A DNA stretch of 64,000 bases from a virus (IMGVR_UViG_3300031565_000009); one strand, 5' to 3'; shown: positions 46,049-56,345, counted from the stretch's first letter. Numbers and translations are program-made. Notes: a model not told the origin generated them from the sequence alone.

Positions 46049-46348
46049 TACGGCTTCATCAGCAAGAGCGCTGGCCAAAGCCGGCGTGAAGACGATGTTC
46101 GTCGTCGGGCTGGTGTCAGTTGGCGTGCGTGCCGTGACCACATGAATCGGCGTGTCGGTTTCACCTGCCACGGTAAACCGCGCCCCAATCGGCACCAAAT
46201 CAGGGTCAACTGTATTCAGCACAATGGAGTCGATGTCAAACTCAGTGTCGTTCGGGGCCGGCGGTGTCGTCGGTTCATTGACGGCGGCCGAACCACTCAA
46301 ACCGTCCTTCAGACGGACGGTGCAATCTCGCAATTCGATGCGTGCCAT
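45611..46348 (-). CDS. major tail protein paralog B (245 aa)
   Basis: Same termini as paralog A with a shorter, distinct middle segment. Confidence 0.45.
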   Translation of the reverse strand: MARIELRDCTVRLKDGLSGSAAVNEPTTPPAPNDTEFDIDSIVLNTVDPDLVPIGARFTVAGETDTPIHVVTARTPTDTSPTTNIVFTPALASALADEAVITFLPQQLEIKIGDGNLTYTEHKSYDYLLDRGDLDTVREGDEVPMDVRIECVYEHITTGTNENISLLDALKQKGKATEWVSAAADQCEPYSVDVEVEHNVPCGTNQDETTQFPDFRHETAEINLKDATISITGKSNATEPIVNRI

Positions 46349-46363
46349 GTCGTCTATCTCCTG

Positions 46364-46870
46364 TTAGGTATCTTCGTTGTCGGATAGCTCCATCACATAC
46401 TTGGCGTCAATCATTGACTGCCTCAGCCCGTCTGTTTCGTTGACCTGGCCGAAGTGAAAAACCTTCACGGCGTCCTGACGGCCAGACAACGGTGACAAGC
46501 ACCCAACCAGGGTCTCGTCGTCGCCTGATTGGCTTCCATACCGATAGATGGCGATGGCCGCATCCATAGCTGATTGAAAGATGCCAGCTAACTGCGTAAA
46601 CGTGTAACGATTCCTCGTGTCCGGCCCGTCGAATCGACTCGACAGCAGAACATTCGCGTCCACTTTCAGTACCCAGTAGTTGTGGCTCAACTCACGAACG
46701 GAAGGCCCCGTGATCCTGATCTCCACACGGTCTGCGGCCTCCATGAACTGGCTGGACCGTTCATCAAGCCCCTCCACCATGACGGCTACGTCATTCGCTT
46801 GGGCAACCTTCTTCAAATAGTCAGCCAGCGAGGCGAAAATCCACCGTGCCCAATTCGGGTTCGCAGGCAT
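46364..46870 (-). CDS. tail terminator / neck protein (positional)
   Basis: 168 aa, immediately upstream of the major tail proteins. Confidence 0.3.
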   Translation of the reverse strand: MPANPNWARWIFASLADYLKKVAQANDVAVMVEGLDERSSQFMEAADRVEIRITGPSVRELSHNYWVLKVDANVLLSSRFDGPDTRNRYTFTQLAGIFQSAMDAAIAIYRYGSQSGDDETLVGCLSPLSGRQDAVKVFHFGQVNETDGLRQSMIDAKYVMELSDNEDT

Positions 46871-46872
46871 GA

Positions 46873-47445
46873 TTACACCTCCCCTTGGCTGTCGGAGGTG
46901 AGGTTGAGGGTGTCTGCCTCCACGCAGGTGAGCACGCGAAGCGGGCGGGCTATCTCCTCCAAATCCACGCTGTCCGCCCCATCGAGGTATTGAATCAGCG
47001 TGCTGTCATCAAAGGTCTCGCCAATCAGCTTCTTCGCTATAACGGAATAGGCTGATGCAAACTCGTAGTCGTCGATGGTCTCCACGGCATACTTGCAACC
47101 GTCATAGACCAGAAAATCGTCCTTCTCCAAAGTCAATTGTCCCGTGTCGCGCCGGTCAATGATGAATGTCCGTTTCCCACTGTCGTACCAGCCGCCCATC
47201 ACTACCTGCTTGTTGGCGGAAATAAGCGAGATCGTTCGCTCGGCCTCCCGATTGATCCGCGCCGGCAGAATGATCGCCCGTTTCACACGTTTGGCCAGGC
47301 AGCGGGCCGTGGACTCTCCCGTCTTCGCATCCGTGTCCCGCGACAGGACATGAAACACAGTGATCGTGCCGCCATATTGGCGCTTTAAGGAATAGAGTGC
47401 CACCTGCATCTGACGATTCAGGAAGTATTGATTGTGAGCAGTCAT
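46873..47445 (-). CDS. head-tail connector protein (positional)
   Basis: 190 aa between the capsid and tail genes. Confidence 0.3.
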   Translation of the reverse strand: MTAHNQYFLNRQMQVALYSLKRQYGGTITVFHVLSRDTDAKTGESTARCLAKRVKRAIILPARINREAERTISLISANKQVVMGGWYDSGKRTFIIDRRDTGQLTLEKDDFLVYDGCKYAVETIDDYEFASAYSVIAKKLIGETFDDSTLIQYLDGADSVDLEEIARPLRVLTCVEADTLNLTSDSQGEV

Positions 47446-47466
47446 GGCAACACTATCGTGTGAAGG

Positions 47467-47826
47467 TTACTCTTTCGCACAATCCCCATCCCGCGGGCTG
47501 TTAGCTTTATGAGACCACCGTTGGTCCATCGCATATTCCAGCCGGCGCATGATAAGGCTGTTCTTCGCAACGACTTTCATGCACTTGGCCACCAGGGGCA
47601 GTAACACCTTACGTTGTCCATCCTCCAGCTTGCTGATGCGGGCCAGCAGATGTTTCTCCCGGACCCAGCCCTGCCAAAGGAAGAACGCCACAATCAGGAC
47701 AAGCGGCCCGTACTGTCGCAACAGAATCAACACGTCAGTGAAATCCAGCATGGTATGCCTCCATTCATAACGGGCGGTGATAGAGAAGATCGCCCACCGG
47801 GGATTGCTCCCCGGTGGGCAGATCAT
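47467..47826 (-). CDS. small membrane-spanning protein
   Basis: Probable start MLDFTDVLILLRQYGPLVLIVAFFLWQGW. One TM segment. Confidence 0.2.
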   Translation of the reverse strand: MICPPGSNPRWAIFSITARYEWRHTMLDFTDVLILLRQYGPLVLIVAFFLWQGWVREKHLLARISKLEDGQRKVLLPLVAKCMKVVAKNSLIMRRLEYAMDQRWSHKANSPRDGDCAKE

Positions 47827-47862
47827 TGTTACCCGACGTTGCGGGGATGCCCGTTCAAAGGC

Positions 47863-49359
47863 TTACCCCAAGAGCACGACGCACAGGTTCTCGTCGAGAA
47901 CCGCGACACCGGCGAGGATGTCCAGGTTGACGACGGTGCCGCCCGCGTTGATGTCGTACTGCATCGAGACCCGCATGGCGATGTCGTTGTAGACGCCGAC
48001 GTGCGAGAGCACACCCATCGCATTACTCGGCACAGCCAGGGGCCGGGTGACGAGGGCGAGGGCGTCCCGATGGAACGCCATATTCAGCGAGCCGGCCGGG
48101 CCGGGGTACGCTTTGTCTTCGTTCGTCAGGAGGATGTCCAGCGGCCGGTCAAGAATCACGCTCTGCTCACCAGCGGCCGACAGCCACGACTCGATCACGG
48201 TGTAGACCCTGCGGCCTGCGCCCGTGCCGAAGGCAACCAGTTGGCCGATCTGCGGAGCGACGGTCCAACCGTCCAACACGACGGCCTCACTGTAGCCAGC
48301 CGCATAGGAACCGTTCACGTCGCACGAAGCATAGCGCGTGACCACGGCGTCTTCCGGGACGGCGTACTTCAGGGCCTCACTCAGGGTGATGCCCGTGGTG
48401 TCCGAGGTGGCCGTGACGGCAGTGGCATAGGTCGGCTGATCGTTGCCGGCCACGTTGACATACTCGCCAACAAGGACCACGACGCCCGTGAAGCCGTCCA
48501 CGGTCAGTTCGGTCACTGTGCCGGCGGGATAGCCGCCGGTGTTGTTGATCGCACCAGCGTTCGTGTCACACGAGCCCACAGCGGGGCTGTTGACATTCTG
48601 GTCCATATAGGTCTCGAAGCCGAGGATGCGGCCGAGGGTGGCGTTCTCCAACGCCGTGCCGCCGTCACCTCGCTCGTTGGCCTTGATGAACAAGTCGTTC
48701 TTCAGCAGCGCGGTCTCGCTGGCCGGGGCCAGAACGAGGTTGCGGCCGTTGACCGGGGCCTTGTTCACGTTCAGGATTTCGCGGGCCTCCAGCACGTAGT
48801 CCTTACTGTTGCTGCTGAGAAGGTTGCCGAGCCGGCCACAACGCTTCGCCAAAGTGCCGAAGTAGGCGTGGACGCGACCCAAAACGGAACGATCCACGCC
48901 ACGGGCGATAGTCTGCATCCCGGGACGGAGGTAGATGTCCACCAACTCCTGGAAGGACTTGCTGGCCTCACCATCCTTGATCGTGAAGCTGTTGTAGAAC
49001 CACTGGTCCAACGGTACGCGGACATTGGTGGAATTGGCATTCTGCTGAACCAGCGCGGTGCCGTCCTTTTTGCGGCTGATCTTGAACTCGCCGGGCCGGC
49101 GGGTGTTCACCACGTCGCCGAAGTCCTTGATCTCGTTCTCGAAGTCCCGGTGGACGAGGTTGGCGATGACCATGTTCTCTTCGAGGATGGCCAGACCCTC
49201 GTTGGCCCACAGTTCCGGGATGTAGGCGTCATTGTCGTTGTCGAAGCAAGCGACCTGAGCCAGGGACAGGTACAAATTGATCTTCATGAATGTTCCTTTC
49301 GGTTTGTCTGGGAACAAAAAGGGCCGCTCACAAGCGGCCATGCCTGAGAGGCCGCACAC
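47863..49359 (-). CDS. major capsid protein
   Basis: 498 aa directly downstream of a scaffold-like gene. N-terminus NDNDAYIPELWANEGLAILEEN is typical of major capsid proteins. Confidence 0.55.
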   Translation of the reverse strand: MCGLSGMAACERPFLFPDKPKGTFMKINLYLSLAQVACFDNDNDAYIPELWANEGLAILEENMVIANLVHRDFENEIKDFGDVVNTRRPGEFKISRKKDGTALVQQNANSTNVRVPLDQWFYNSFTIKDGEASKSFQELVDIYLRPGMQTIARGVDRSVLGRVHAYFGTLAKRCGRLGNLLSSNSKDYVLEAREILNVNKAPVNGRNLVLAPASETALLKNDLFIKANERGDGGTALENATLGRILGFETYMDQNVNSPAVGSCDTNAGAINNTGGYPAGTVTELTVDGFTGVVVLVGEYVNVAGNDQPTYATAVTATSDTTGITLSEALKYAVPEDAVVTRYASCDVNGSYAAGYSEAVVLDGWTVAPQIGQLVAFGTGAGRRVYTVIESWLSAAGEQSVILDRPLDILLTNEDKAYPGPAGSLNMAFHRDALALVTRPLAVPSNAMGVLSHVGVYNDIAMRVSMQYDINAGGTVVNLDILAGVAVLDENLCVVLLG

Positions 49360-49420
49360 GCGGCCCTTATATGGTGGAGACCACTACAGTGTGGCCTCGA
49401 CAGAACAAACCCCTGGATGA

Positions 49421-50368
49421 CTAGCGGTGGCCCTTGATGGGCCGCAATCCCAGAAGTTCAGGGTTCTTCTCGCGAATTTCCCGGTATTGCTGCGGAGTCA
49501 ATTTCCGCACGTCCACCCGGCCGCTTTGACCCGGCAGTAGGCCGCCGGTCGCCGACCCCGACCCGATCCCGCTGACCACGCCGGCTTTGAAGAGGTTGCC
49601 GTACTGTTCGGGCAACTCTTTCATCCGCTTCACGGCCTCTTCGGGAGTCCGAGTCATCATCACCTGTTCGCCCGTTTTGGGGTCCACGTCGGGCATTTCG
49701 ACCATAACCTTGTAGTGGCCATTAGGCCGCTTCGTGGTCGGGTCCATCTCTTCCATCATCTTCGTCATCGGCTTCAAGAGCGTGACGATCTGGCCGGGGC
49801 TGAAGGCATCGTTCTTGATCCCGGCATCTTGCAGACTCCGCTGGACAGTCGAGTCTCGATACAACGATTCCCAGGTCGTAGCCTTCTTCTCGGCATCGGT
49901 GAGTTTCACCTGATACGACTGCTCCAACTCCTGCTTCTCCAAGGCCGCCTGGGCTTCCTTGCTCCGCAACTGTCCCTGGACCGCCGACAAGTTCTCCTGC
50001 AACGCCTTCCGCTCGGCCTCCGTCAGATTCTTGCTGCTCAGCACCTCCTGCAAGCGCGTCTCCATCGTCTTCAACTGGGCTTGATGCTTGCGACGGTCTT
50101 CCGCCAACATTTTGTTGACATCATCCTGAGTGAACGATTTGCCGGCAGCCGCAGCCGCAGCCGCAGCCGCAACCTCTTCAGCAGCGGCCTTTTCGGCGGC
50201 GGCCTTCGCAGCAGCAGCGGCAGCAGCAGCAGCAGCGGCATCTTCACCATCAAAGCAAGCAAACTGCGCACGCGACAGAAGAAGATCAAACAATTTCATC
50301 AGTAGACCTCGATACCCGCCAAGAAATGCACAAAGGCCATAACGGTCGCGTAGACGGTCTGGCGACAC
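49421..50368 (-). CDS. scaffolding protein
   Basis: Ala/Glu/Lys-rich coiled coil with poly-Ala runs. Immediately upstream of the capsid gene. Confidence 0.5.
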   Translation of the reverse strand: MSPDRLRDRYGLCAFLGGYRGLLMKLFDLLLSRAQFACFDGEDAAAAAAAAAAAKAAAEKAAAEEVAAAAAAAAAGKSFTQDDVNKMLAEDRRKHQAQLKTMETRLQEVLSSKNLTEAERKALQENLSAVQGQLRSKEAQAALEKQELEQSYQVKLTDAEKKATTWESLYRDSTVQRSLQDAGIKNDAFSPGQIVTLLKPMTKMMEEMDPTTKRPNGHYKVMVEMPDVDPKTGEQVMMTRTPEEAVKRMKELPEQYGNLFKAGVVSGIGSGSATGGLLPGQSGRVDVRKLTPQQYREIREKNPELLGLRPIKGHR

Positions 50369-50430
50369 TGGCCCGCCCGGCTTAGAAGCCCGCCGGTGGG
50401 GTGGCCGAACACTCGGCCAAGCAGCAAGGG

Positions 50431-50952
50431 TTAAGAAACCCGTGACAGCCTCATGGCATCATCGTCCCGAAGGAACGGCTTGAGTAGACGCCAAGCAAGA
50501 GCATTCGGTATGAGATTTACGAGGTGTTCAATGGGCACCTGACTCCGTTCGTAACTCGTGCGGACGCTGCCATAGCCCATCGACGTGACGGCCAGCGACT
50601 CCAATTCCAGTTCCGGGTCCTTGTTGTCAAGAAGGCTGTGCGCGATCTCATAAGACGCCCGGCAAATGTCTTCCGGCACTATCGTGTCTGTGCCGCGAGG
50701 AAACTCGTTTGCCTGTTGTGCCTCGGCTGCCTGAATCTCCTCAACTGTGGCTTTCGAGTTGGACTGCAAGAGCGTGTAAACGGTGCTCTTGTAGCCCTTG
50801 AAGTTGAGTTGGTCGATCAGGCGTCGGGCGGCGATCAGCGCCTTCTGGCGATCCGTCGTCGAAGCCGCCGTCCAAGCAAACTCGTGCAGCCGCATGGCAA
50901 AGTATTCAATCGCTTCCTCGACCGTACCATAAAAGGTGTTATTGATCGCCAT
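50431..50952 (-). CDS. gp6-like head-tail connector / head protein
   Basis: 173 aa. EEAIEYFAMRLHEF...QKALIAARRLIDQL pattern. Confidence 0.25.
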   Translation of the reverse strand: MAINNTFYGTVEEAIEYFAMRLHEFAWTAASTTDRQKALIAARRLIDQLNFKGYKSTVYTLLQSNSKATVEEIQAAEAQQANEFPRGTDTIVPEDICRASYEIAHSLLDNKDPELELESLAVTSMGYGSVRTSYERSQVPIEHLVNLIPNALAWRLLKPFLRDDDAMRLSRVS

Positions 50953-50964
50953 GCGTCACCTCAA

Positions 50965-51678
50965 CTACACGTTAGCAGCGGCAACAATCGCATCGCAGAT
51001 GTCATCGTTGCCTTCGGTGATAGTGATCTCAAGGGCAACCGCCTTAATCGTCTCAGCACTCAGACGACGTTCTCCAGGAGATGCAAGTGCGACCAATGCC
51101 GAAGGAGTGACGCTTTCTGCCGGCACTGTACCAGAGAGAATCCCCATCTGGATCAGAATGGCGTATCCAAGACGATCTGCTTGACCCTCTGTCGTGGCCG
51201 TGATCGCACCACCAGAGCCGCCGCCAGTCAACAGGGCGTCATCCATCACGACCAGATCGTGGTTGGCTTCATCAACCGACGCGCCGTCAAACGTCAGCGT
51301 GACCGGAGTTGTAGTAAGAGGGCCGCCAGCGACCGAGATGTCGCCGTTCGTCCAACCAACAATACTCGCCGACGTTGCAGCCGTGTCAATCGCGCCTTCG
51401 ATAGTTGCAGCGTTGGCATCAAAAGCAATGGCCGCCGTCGTGAAGGTCTCGCCACTTGCCAAGGTAAACGCCAACGTGAAAGTGCCACCACTGACGGTTC
51501 CCTCATAGATGGCAATCGACTGAACCTCGTCGGTTGCCTGCAAAGCCGCCGGTAGATCGAAATCTCCAGCATCTTGAATGGCCTTCAGTTCCCGATACTC
51601 GCGCCGATCAAGCGCGTGAATCGGAAGTGTCGTGTCAATCGTCACTGATGCAGCAAGAAAATCCGCAATTACGCCCAT
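50965..51678 (-). CDS. Thr/Ala/Gly-rich head protein (decoration-like)
   Basis: 237 aa of low-complexity, beta-rich composition. Confidence 0.25.
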   Translation of the reverse strand: MGVIADFLAASVTIDTTLPIHALDRREYRELKAIQDAGDFDLPAALQATDEVQSIAIYEGTVSGGTFTLAFTLASGETFTTAAIAFDANAATIEGAIDTAATSASIVGWTNGDISVAGGPLTTTPVTLTFDGASVDEANHDLVVMDDALLTGGGSGGAITATTEGQADRLGYAILIQMGILSGTVPAESVTPSALVALASPGERRLSAETIKAVALEITITEGNDDICDAIVAAANV

Positions 51679-51728
51679 CCCGATTCCTCCTCTTGAAGTT
51701 AATCTGTTGGTGTACCGTCCGCGTCACT

Positions 51729-52010
51729 CTACTGGGCAATCCACGAGTAGTCACTGTCGGCAGCCTCACCGACGACCCACACCTTGGAAAGATCGTCGAT
51801 GCAAATCATTGGGCTCTGCTCGCCGGCCACCAGCTTAAAGCCGGTGCCCGCCGTAACACCCGAATGGGCTCCGATGACAAGCGACTTTGTGCCGGCACGG
51901 ACAACGACGCCTTTTGCAAGAGCCTTGCAACTATGCAGCACAGCCGGAGTCGTACCGACCGATCCGCCACCGACGTATAACTCTTCAATAGCCGTTTTGA
52001 TGATGTCCAT
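51729..52010 (-). CDS. small head protein
   Basis: 93 aa between the portal and head genes. Confidence 0.25.
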   Translation of the reverse strand: MDIIKTAIEELYVGGGSVGTTPAVLHSCKALAKGVVVRAGTKSLVIGAHSGVTAGTGFKLVAGEQSPMICIDDLSKVWVVGEAADSDYSWIAQ

Positions 52011-52012
52011 GC

Positions 52013-53851
52013 TTATTCCTCCACCTTCGTGTCCTTGCCCGCGCCGCGAACACGGCTTGCGGGGGTGTCACTCAGGTCAGTGATTCTGCTCAGTTCTTTT
52101 TCTGCCTTGCCAGCATTGGCCGGATCGGCAGAGAGATCGGCAACGCCGCGCGACGCAGGGTCGCCACTAGCACCTTTGTTCGCCGATTGACTCTCAGCAA
52201 TTCTCTTGATCCGGGCCACATGATCCTCGCGGGCCGTAAGATATTCCTCTGCACTGAAGCCAAGGGCCATCGACGCCGTTTTCTCGCCGACCAGGCCATT
52301 TTCCTTAGCCGTGTTGATAATGTCGGGGTCGCTCGTCGTGTATGGGGCCTCGTCGATTTCCTTCTCAATCATGGCAATCGTGTCAACATGAACCTTACCC
52401 GCAAGCAAGGATGCCACAATCATCTTGGCCAGTTCACGCTTCACGGTGCGGCCAGGCACGGCAAACATCAAGTCGGACAGCTTGCTCGATTCCTCGATCC
52501 GGTCCTTGTCCGTCTTCAGGCTGTACTGGTCCGGGTACTTGATCGTCGCCACCCGGCGTTTGGTCAGTTGTCGTTCCTCGTAGGCGGCCCAATGTTCGGC
52601 CACTTGCTGCTCAGCGCCTTGCAGAACGAGGCCGATGTACGACAGCCCGGCCTCCAGACCCTCGCTGTCCTTCGCCTTCGACTCAGCGGATGCTCGGGCC
52701 GAGAGGTTCGTCACGGCCAGATTTATCAGCTTGCGGATGTCCGCTTCCAGCTTGCCCTGCAACTCCAGGCTCGCTCGCAACGGCTCGGCGGACGGATTGA
52801 TGAAATCGGGCGGATTCATGCCCTTGTCGTAAGCCCGGCCGTGGGTTACGCCGACCTTGATGTCCGTGTCGGCCGAGCCCTGTCCGCCGGTGCTCGCCGT
52901 GCCATCTGCATTGGCGGCCGGTTTCAGGTGCGAACCGACCGCACGTAGGTCCCGCTGCTCGACATAGAATGGGAAGTTGGCCTTCAAGGCATAGTACACG
53001 TCGCTCGAACCGAGGTTCAGCATCGCGATCTGATGGTAGCACACGTCCTTCAGGAGTGAGTCACCGATGTCCAGCATCACGAAGGGGATGCGCGTCAGTT
53101 GCAGTTCAATCGGGCCGGAGGACACACCATCGGGGCCAATCTGGTTGCCTTCCAGATCGTAAAACTGAAGATTAACCCGACCCGTATCCTGGTCGATCCA
53201 CAACAAGCGGTAGCGCTGCGTAGTCAGGTTGGGAAGCATGGTCGTCTGATTGTATTCCAGCGTGGTGTCACGCAGGAGCACGGACCTAAACTCGCTCGGC
53301 TCTTCCGCCTTAGCGCACGACCAGTTCAAAATGTCTTCGATGTCGTACTTGTAGAGGTACGGCCGCGCGTCGGGAACATCCTTCAGGGTCGGCACGTCGG
53401 GGACAACAGGGGCGTCCACGTAGACGCCAACGCGCCCCATAATCAGCAACTCCGTGAGCAACTTCACACCGAAGAAGGCATCCATCGTCGAACCACGACG
53501 ATCCACGCCCAAGTCCAGGCCAGTGAGCGCCCGCTGATAGCTCTCCGAGCCGCCGCGCCGCACAATATCCCGCATCCTCTGAAAGATGCTGTTCCGCACG
53601 TCGTTCAGGGCAGCCTTAGCGAAGTTAGGGATCGGCGTGATCTTCTTCCGGGAGTTGAAGTCCGTCTGATCCTCGCGAGCGGTAAACTTCTCCAGATAAG
53701 CATCACGGAACTCTCCGCCGCCACGGTAAGTTCTGCGCCACAGCAGCCAGTCGTTCGTGCCATTAAACAGAGCCGGATGGCGACTGTCAATGATGCGACT
53801 CGGTGTTCTGGTCACAGTTACATCTCCGCAAGTACCGAGCGGCTGCTTCAA
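52013..53851 (-). CDS. portal protein
   Basis: 612 aa immediately downstream of TerL. Confidence 0.5.
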   Translation of the reverse strand: MKQPLGTCGDVTVTRTPSRIIDSRHPALFNGTNDWLLWRRTYRGGGEFRDAYLEKFTAREDQTDFNSRKKITPIPNFAKAALNDVRNSIFQRMRDIVRRGGSESYQRALTGLDLGVDRRGSTMDAFFGVKLLTELLIMGRVGVYVDAPVVPDVPTLKDVPDARPYLYKYDIEDILNWSCAKAEEPSEFRSVLLRDTTLEYNQTTMLPNLTTQRYRLLWIDQDTGRVNLQFYDLEGNQIGPDGVSSGPIELQLTRIPFVMLDIGDSLLKDVCYHQIAMLNLGSSDVYYALKANFPFYVEQRDLRAVGSHLKPAANADGTASTGGQGSADTDIKVGVTHGRAYDKGMNPPDFINPSAEPLRASLELQGKLEADIRKLINLAVTNLSARASAESKAKDSEGLEAGLSYIGLVLQGAEQQVAEHWAAYEERQLTKRRVATIKYPDQYSLKTDKDRIEESSKLSDLMFAVPGRTVKRELAKMIVASLLAGKVHVDTIAMIEKEIDEAPYTTSDPDIINTAKENGLVGEKTASMALGFSAEEYLTAREDHVARIKRIAESQSANKGASGDPASRGVADLSADPANAGKAEKELSRITDLSDTPASRVRGAGKDTKVEE

Positions 53852-53923
53852 GCTGCTCTGGTCTATCGTTAAAGTAACCTAAGCCCTGGTTACACTGCGT
53901 ACAAAGCAAACCACGCAGTTGAA

Positions 53924-55591
53924 TCAGAGGAACTTGCTGATGTTCTCGCCAGTGGTCATGGACGCTGCCAGAGGTAGAGCCATTTCCGCGTAAGTAAGCG
54001 AGTGGGCGTAGTGGTCGGGTCCCGTTGCCACGTAGACCATCTTGTAGTTACCCTTGTCGTCCTTCTCAAAGGTCCGCACAAGGTTCTTCAGATGTTCGCG
54101 GTACTCCAACGAGATGTCGCGCGGCAACTGAATGCGAGGCGGCTTCGCCTTAAAACGCCCCAGAGAGCATGACAGCCAATTGGTGCGATCCACCTGGGCA
54201 ATCGGAGCGTTATCCTGCTCCTCGATGGACATTTCCTTTGCAGTCTGGCCACGGCGATACCGGGTCAACCAGACGTAGCCCCAGAAACGACGAGCGAAGC
54301 GGCGAGCCTCATTGATGTTCGGGTCAGCATCGACGACGCAGGCGAGAACCTGCCACTCACGCATCAACTCGTCAAGGTATTTCCAGTCTTCCTCGCCAAA
54401 ACGGCCAAACCAAAGCACCTTCCCCCGCGCCACCGCATTGATGTCGCGGTCCATACGATCCAGCGACCACTCCGCCACCGTAATGTAGCCAACCTTACCC
54501 TGGTCCACACCCATCGTTATCAGCTTCTCGCGACCGATTGCGGGTCGAGGATCGTTGATAGTGTAATTGCTGACAGCGGCATCAATCATGTCATCCGTGA
54601 TCTGAGCGTGGTCGCCGAGAAAGGGGAGACCCAACTTTGAATTATGAAACTCTTTATTGGCCGCCTCGTCTCCCAGGCCGCGATGGTAGGACACGACCAA
54701 TTCAGCAGGCGAGACCGTGTAGGAGTACATCTGGCTGATATGAAGGCCGCGAATAACTGGATTCGCCTGCTCGTTCATCACTTTCCAGATGGCACTGCTT
54801 AGCCACTCGGGCTTCGCCGCGTGCTCCAGTCGGCCCTGGCATTCCTTGCACTTCAGGAACGACTCGCTGCATCGCGGGTCCAAGACCGTTTCACCGATGA
54901 TCTCGATGCAGTCCGGCCAAACCAGTTCTGTCCACCGACCGCAGCGTGGGCACTTGAAAACAAAGTGCTCCTGGGTCGAGGTGAGGAACAGCTTATGGAT
55001 TCCATAATTCGGAATCGTCGGCGTCGAAATGGCCCAGACATGCTTTTCTAACTGGCCACTGAGTCGTTCCAACGCCAGCCAGATTTGTTTCTGATCCATC
55101 TCGTCCACCTCGTCCAGGATCAGGTCCGAGACGGGAATGGACTTCAAGTTGCTATCACCGCGCGAGCCACGAATGTAGAGCGAGTTGGCCGCCGTCCGCT
55201 TCAAGTTGACCGTATCAGTGTCCTTGAAGATCAATTTCAGATAAGGACTCAAGTTGAGGGCCGCATTGAAGCGGGCCTTACTGAAGTCGCCAGCATTCAG
55301 TGCGGTTGGCAGCACGTAGAGCACGTCACGTCGCAGCCAGTCGAGCACATACAGCGCCCGATTGATCGCCACCTCGGTCACGCCCAACTGTGCGCCCTTC
55401 ATCACGTAGTTGAAGAGCGCATTCGAGTCCAGAATGTCCTTGACCCAGGGGTGATACTTCCAACCATACGAACCTGGAAACGGCTGCCCCATGATGCGCC
55501 GCTTCGCTGACCACCGCGAACAACTGGTCAGCGTTCGAGTCTGGCCACTGTCACAAACCGACGTGACAAATGCGTCGTTTAGCTGGTTCAT
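53924..55591 (-). CDS. terminase large subunit
   Basis: ATPase N-terminus. LILDEVDEMD is Walker B. A Zn ribbon CPRCGRW precedes the C-terminal nuclease region GVDQGKVGYITVAEW. Confidence 0.7.
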   Translation of the reverse strand: MNQLNDAFVTSVCDSGQTRTLTSCSRWSAKRRIMGQPFPGSYGWKYHPWVKDILDSNALFNYVMKGAQLGVTEVAINRALYVLDWLRRDVLYVLPTALNAGDFSKARFNAALNLSPYLKLIFKDTDTVNLKRTAANSLYIRGSRGDSNLKSIPVSDLILDEVDEMDQKQIWLALERLSGQLEKHVWAISTPTIPNYGIHKLFLTSTQEHFVFKCPRCGRWTELVWPDCIEIIGETVLDPRCSESFLKCKECQGRLEHAAKPEWLSSAIWKVMNEQANPVIRGLHISQMYSYTVSPAELVVSYHRGLGDEAANKEFHNSKLGLPFLGDHAQITDDMIDAAVSNYTINDPRPAIGREKLITMGVDQGKVGYITVAEWSLDRMDRDINAVARGKVLWFGRFGEEDWKYLDELMREWQVLACVVDADPNINEARRFARRFWGYVWLTRYRRGQTAKEMSIEEQDNAPIAQVDRTNWLSCSLGRFKAKPPRIQLPRDISLEYREHLKNLVRTFEKDDKGNYKMVYVATGPDHYAHSLTYAEMALPLAASMTTGENISKFL

Positions 55592-55615
55592 GGTTCATGT
55601 CGGTTTTCAGGATCA

Positions 55616-56104
55616 CTAGCCCTTGGGGTACTTGCGGCGCATCGGATACTTCGGCTTCACGGCGGGCTCCGGCTTCACGGCGGGCTCCAGTTCCACGGTG
55701 GGCTCCGGCTCGGCGGCGGGCTCCGGCTCGGCGGCGGGCTCCGGCTCGGCGGCGGGCTCCGGCTCGGCGGCGGGCTCCGGCTCGGCGGCGGGCTCCGGCT
55801 CGGCGGCGGGCTCCGGCTCGGCGGTGGGCTCCGGCTCGGCGGCGGGCTCCGGCTCGCGGATCACAATCGGCTGCATGTGTGGGTCCACCTGTCCGCTACA
55901 AAAGCAGAACTCGGCATACACCCCGCAGTGCCGTTCCTCGACACCCTCGGGAAGCCTCACGTTGTACTGCCGAAGGGTGTCATCGCAAGTTACGTTGACA
56001 GGCCCCTTGGGCGTTTCCACCGTGAGTCGGACAAGGGGATGATTGCTACTTTGGGGAACCGGCACTAGCATGGATTCGTTCCTCTCGTATTTGAATGATC
56101 TCAC
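55616..56104 (-). CDS. Pro/Glu repeat protein upstream of TerL (possible TerS-position protein)
   Basis: (PEPAAE)n run of ~13 units. Confidence 0.35.
   Translation of the reverse strand: MRSFKYERNESMLVPVPQSSNHPLVRLTVETPKGPVNVTCDDTLRQYNVRLPEGVEERHCGVYAEFCFCSGQVDPHMQPIVIREPEPAAEPEPTAEPEPAAEPEPAAEPEPAAEPEPAAEPEPAAEPEPAAEPEPTVELEPAVKPEPAVKPKYPMRRKYPKG
55660..55860. repeat. 18-bp tandem repeat, ~10 copies
   Basis: gcgggctccggctcggcg iterated. Confidence 0.85.
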
Positions 56105-56345
56105 CCAACCGGGTATGCAGGCGCTTCAGCTTCGGAAGCACATCACCCGGCACGTCCATTGCCACATACCCGCCCAACATCCCAGTCGTGATGCCGGCTG
56201 CGTAGATGGCGTACTGCCACAACTTCTCGGCCTCGACACCAAACGAGGGCAGCGTGGCAGGCTGCGGTTGCAGTTGCGGTAGCGGCAACCCGTCTTTCGT
56301 CTCCGGGCAATTCCGGCATCGTCGCGGGTTGCGGGTTGCCATACG

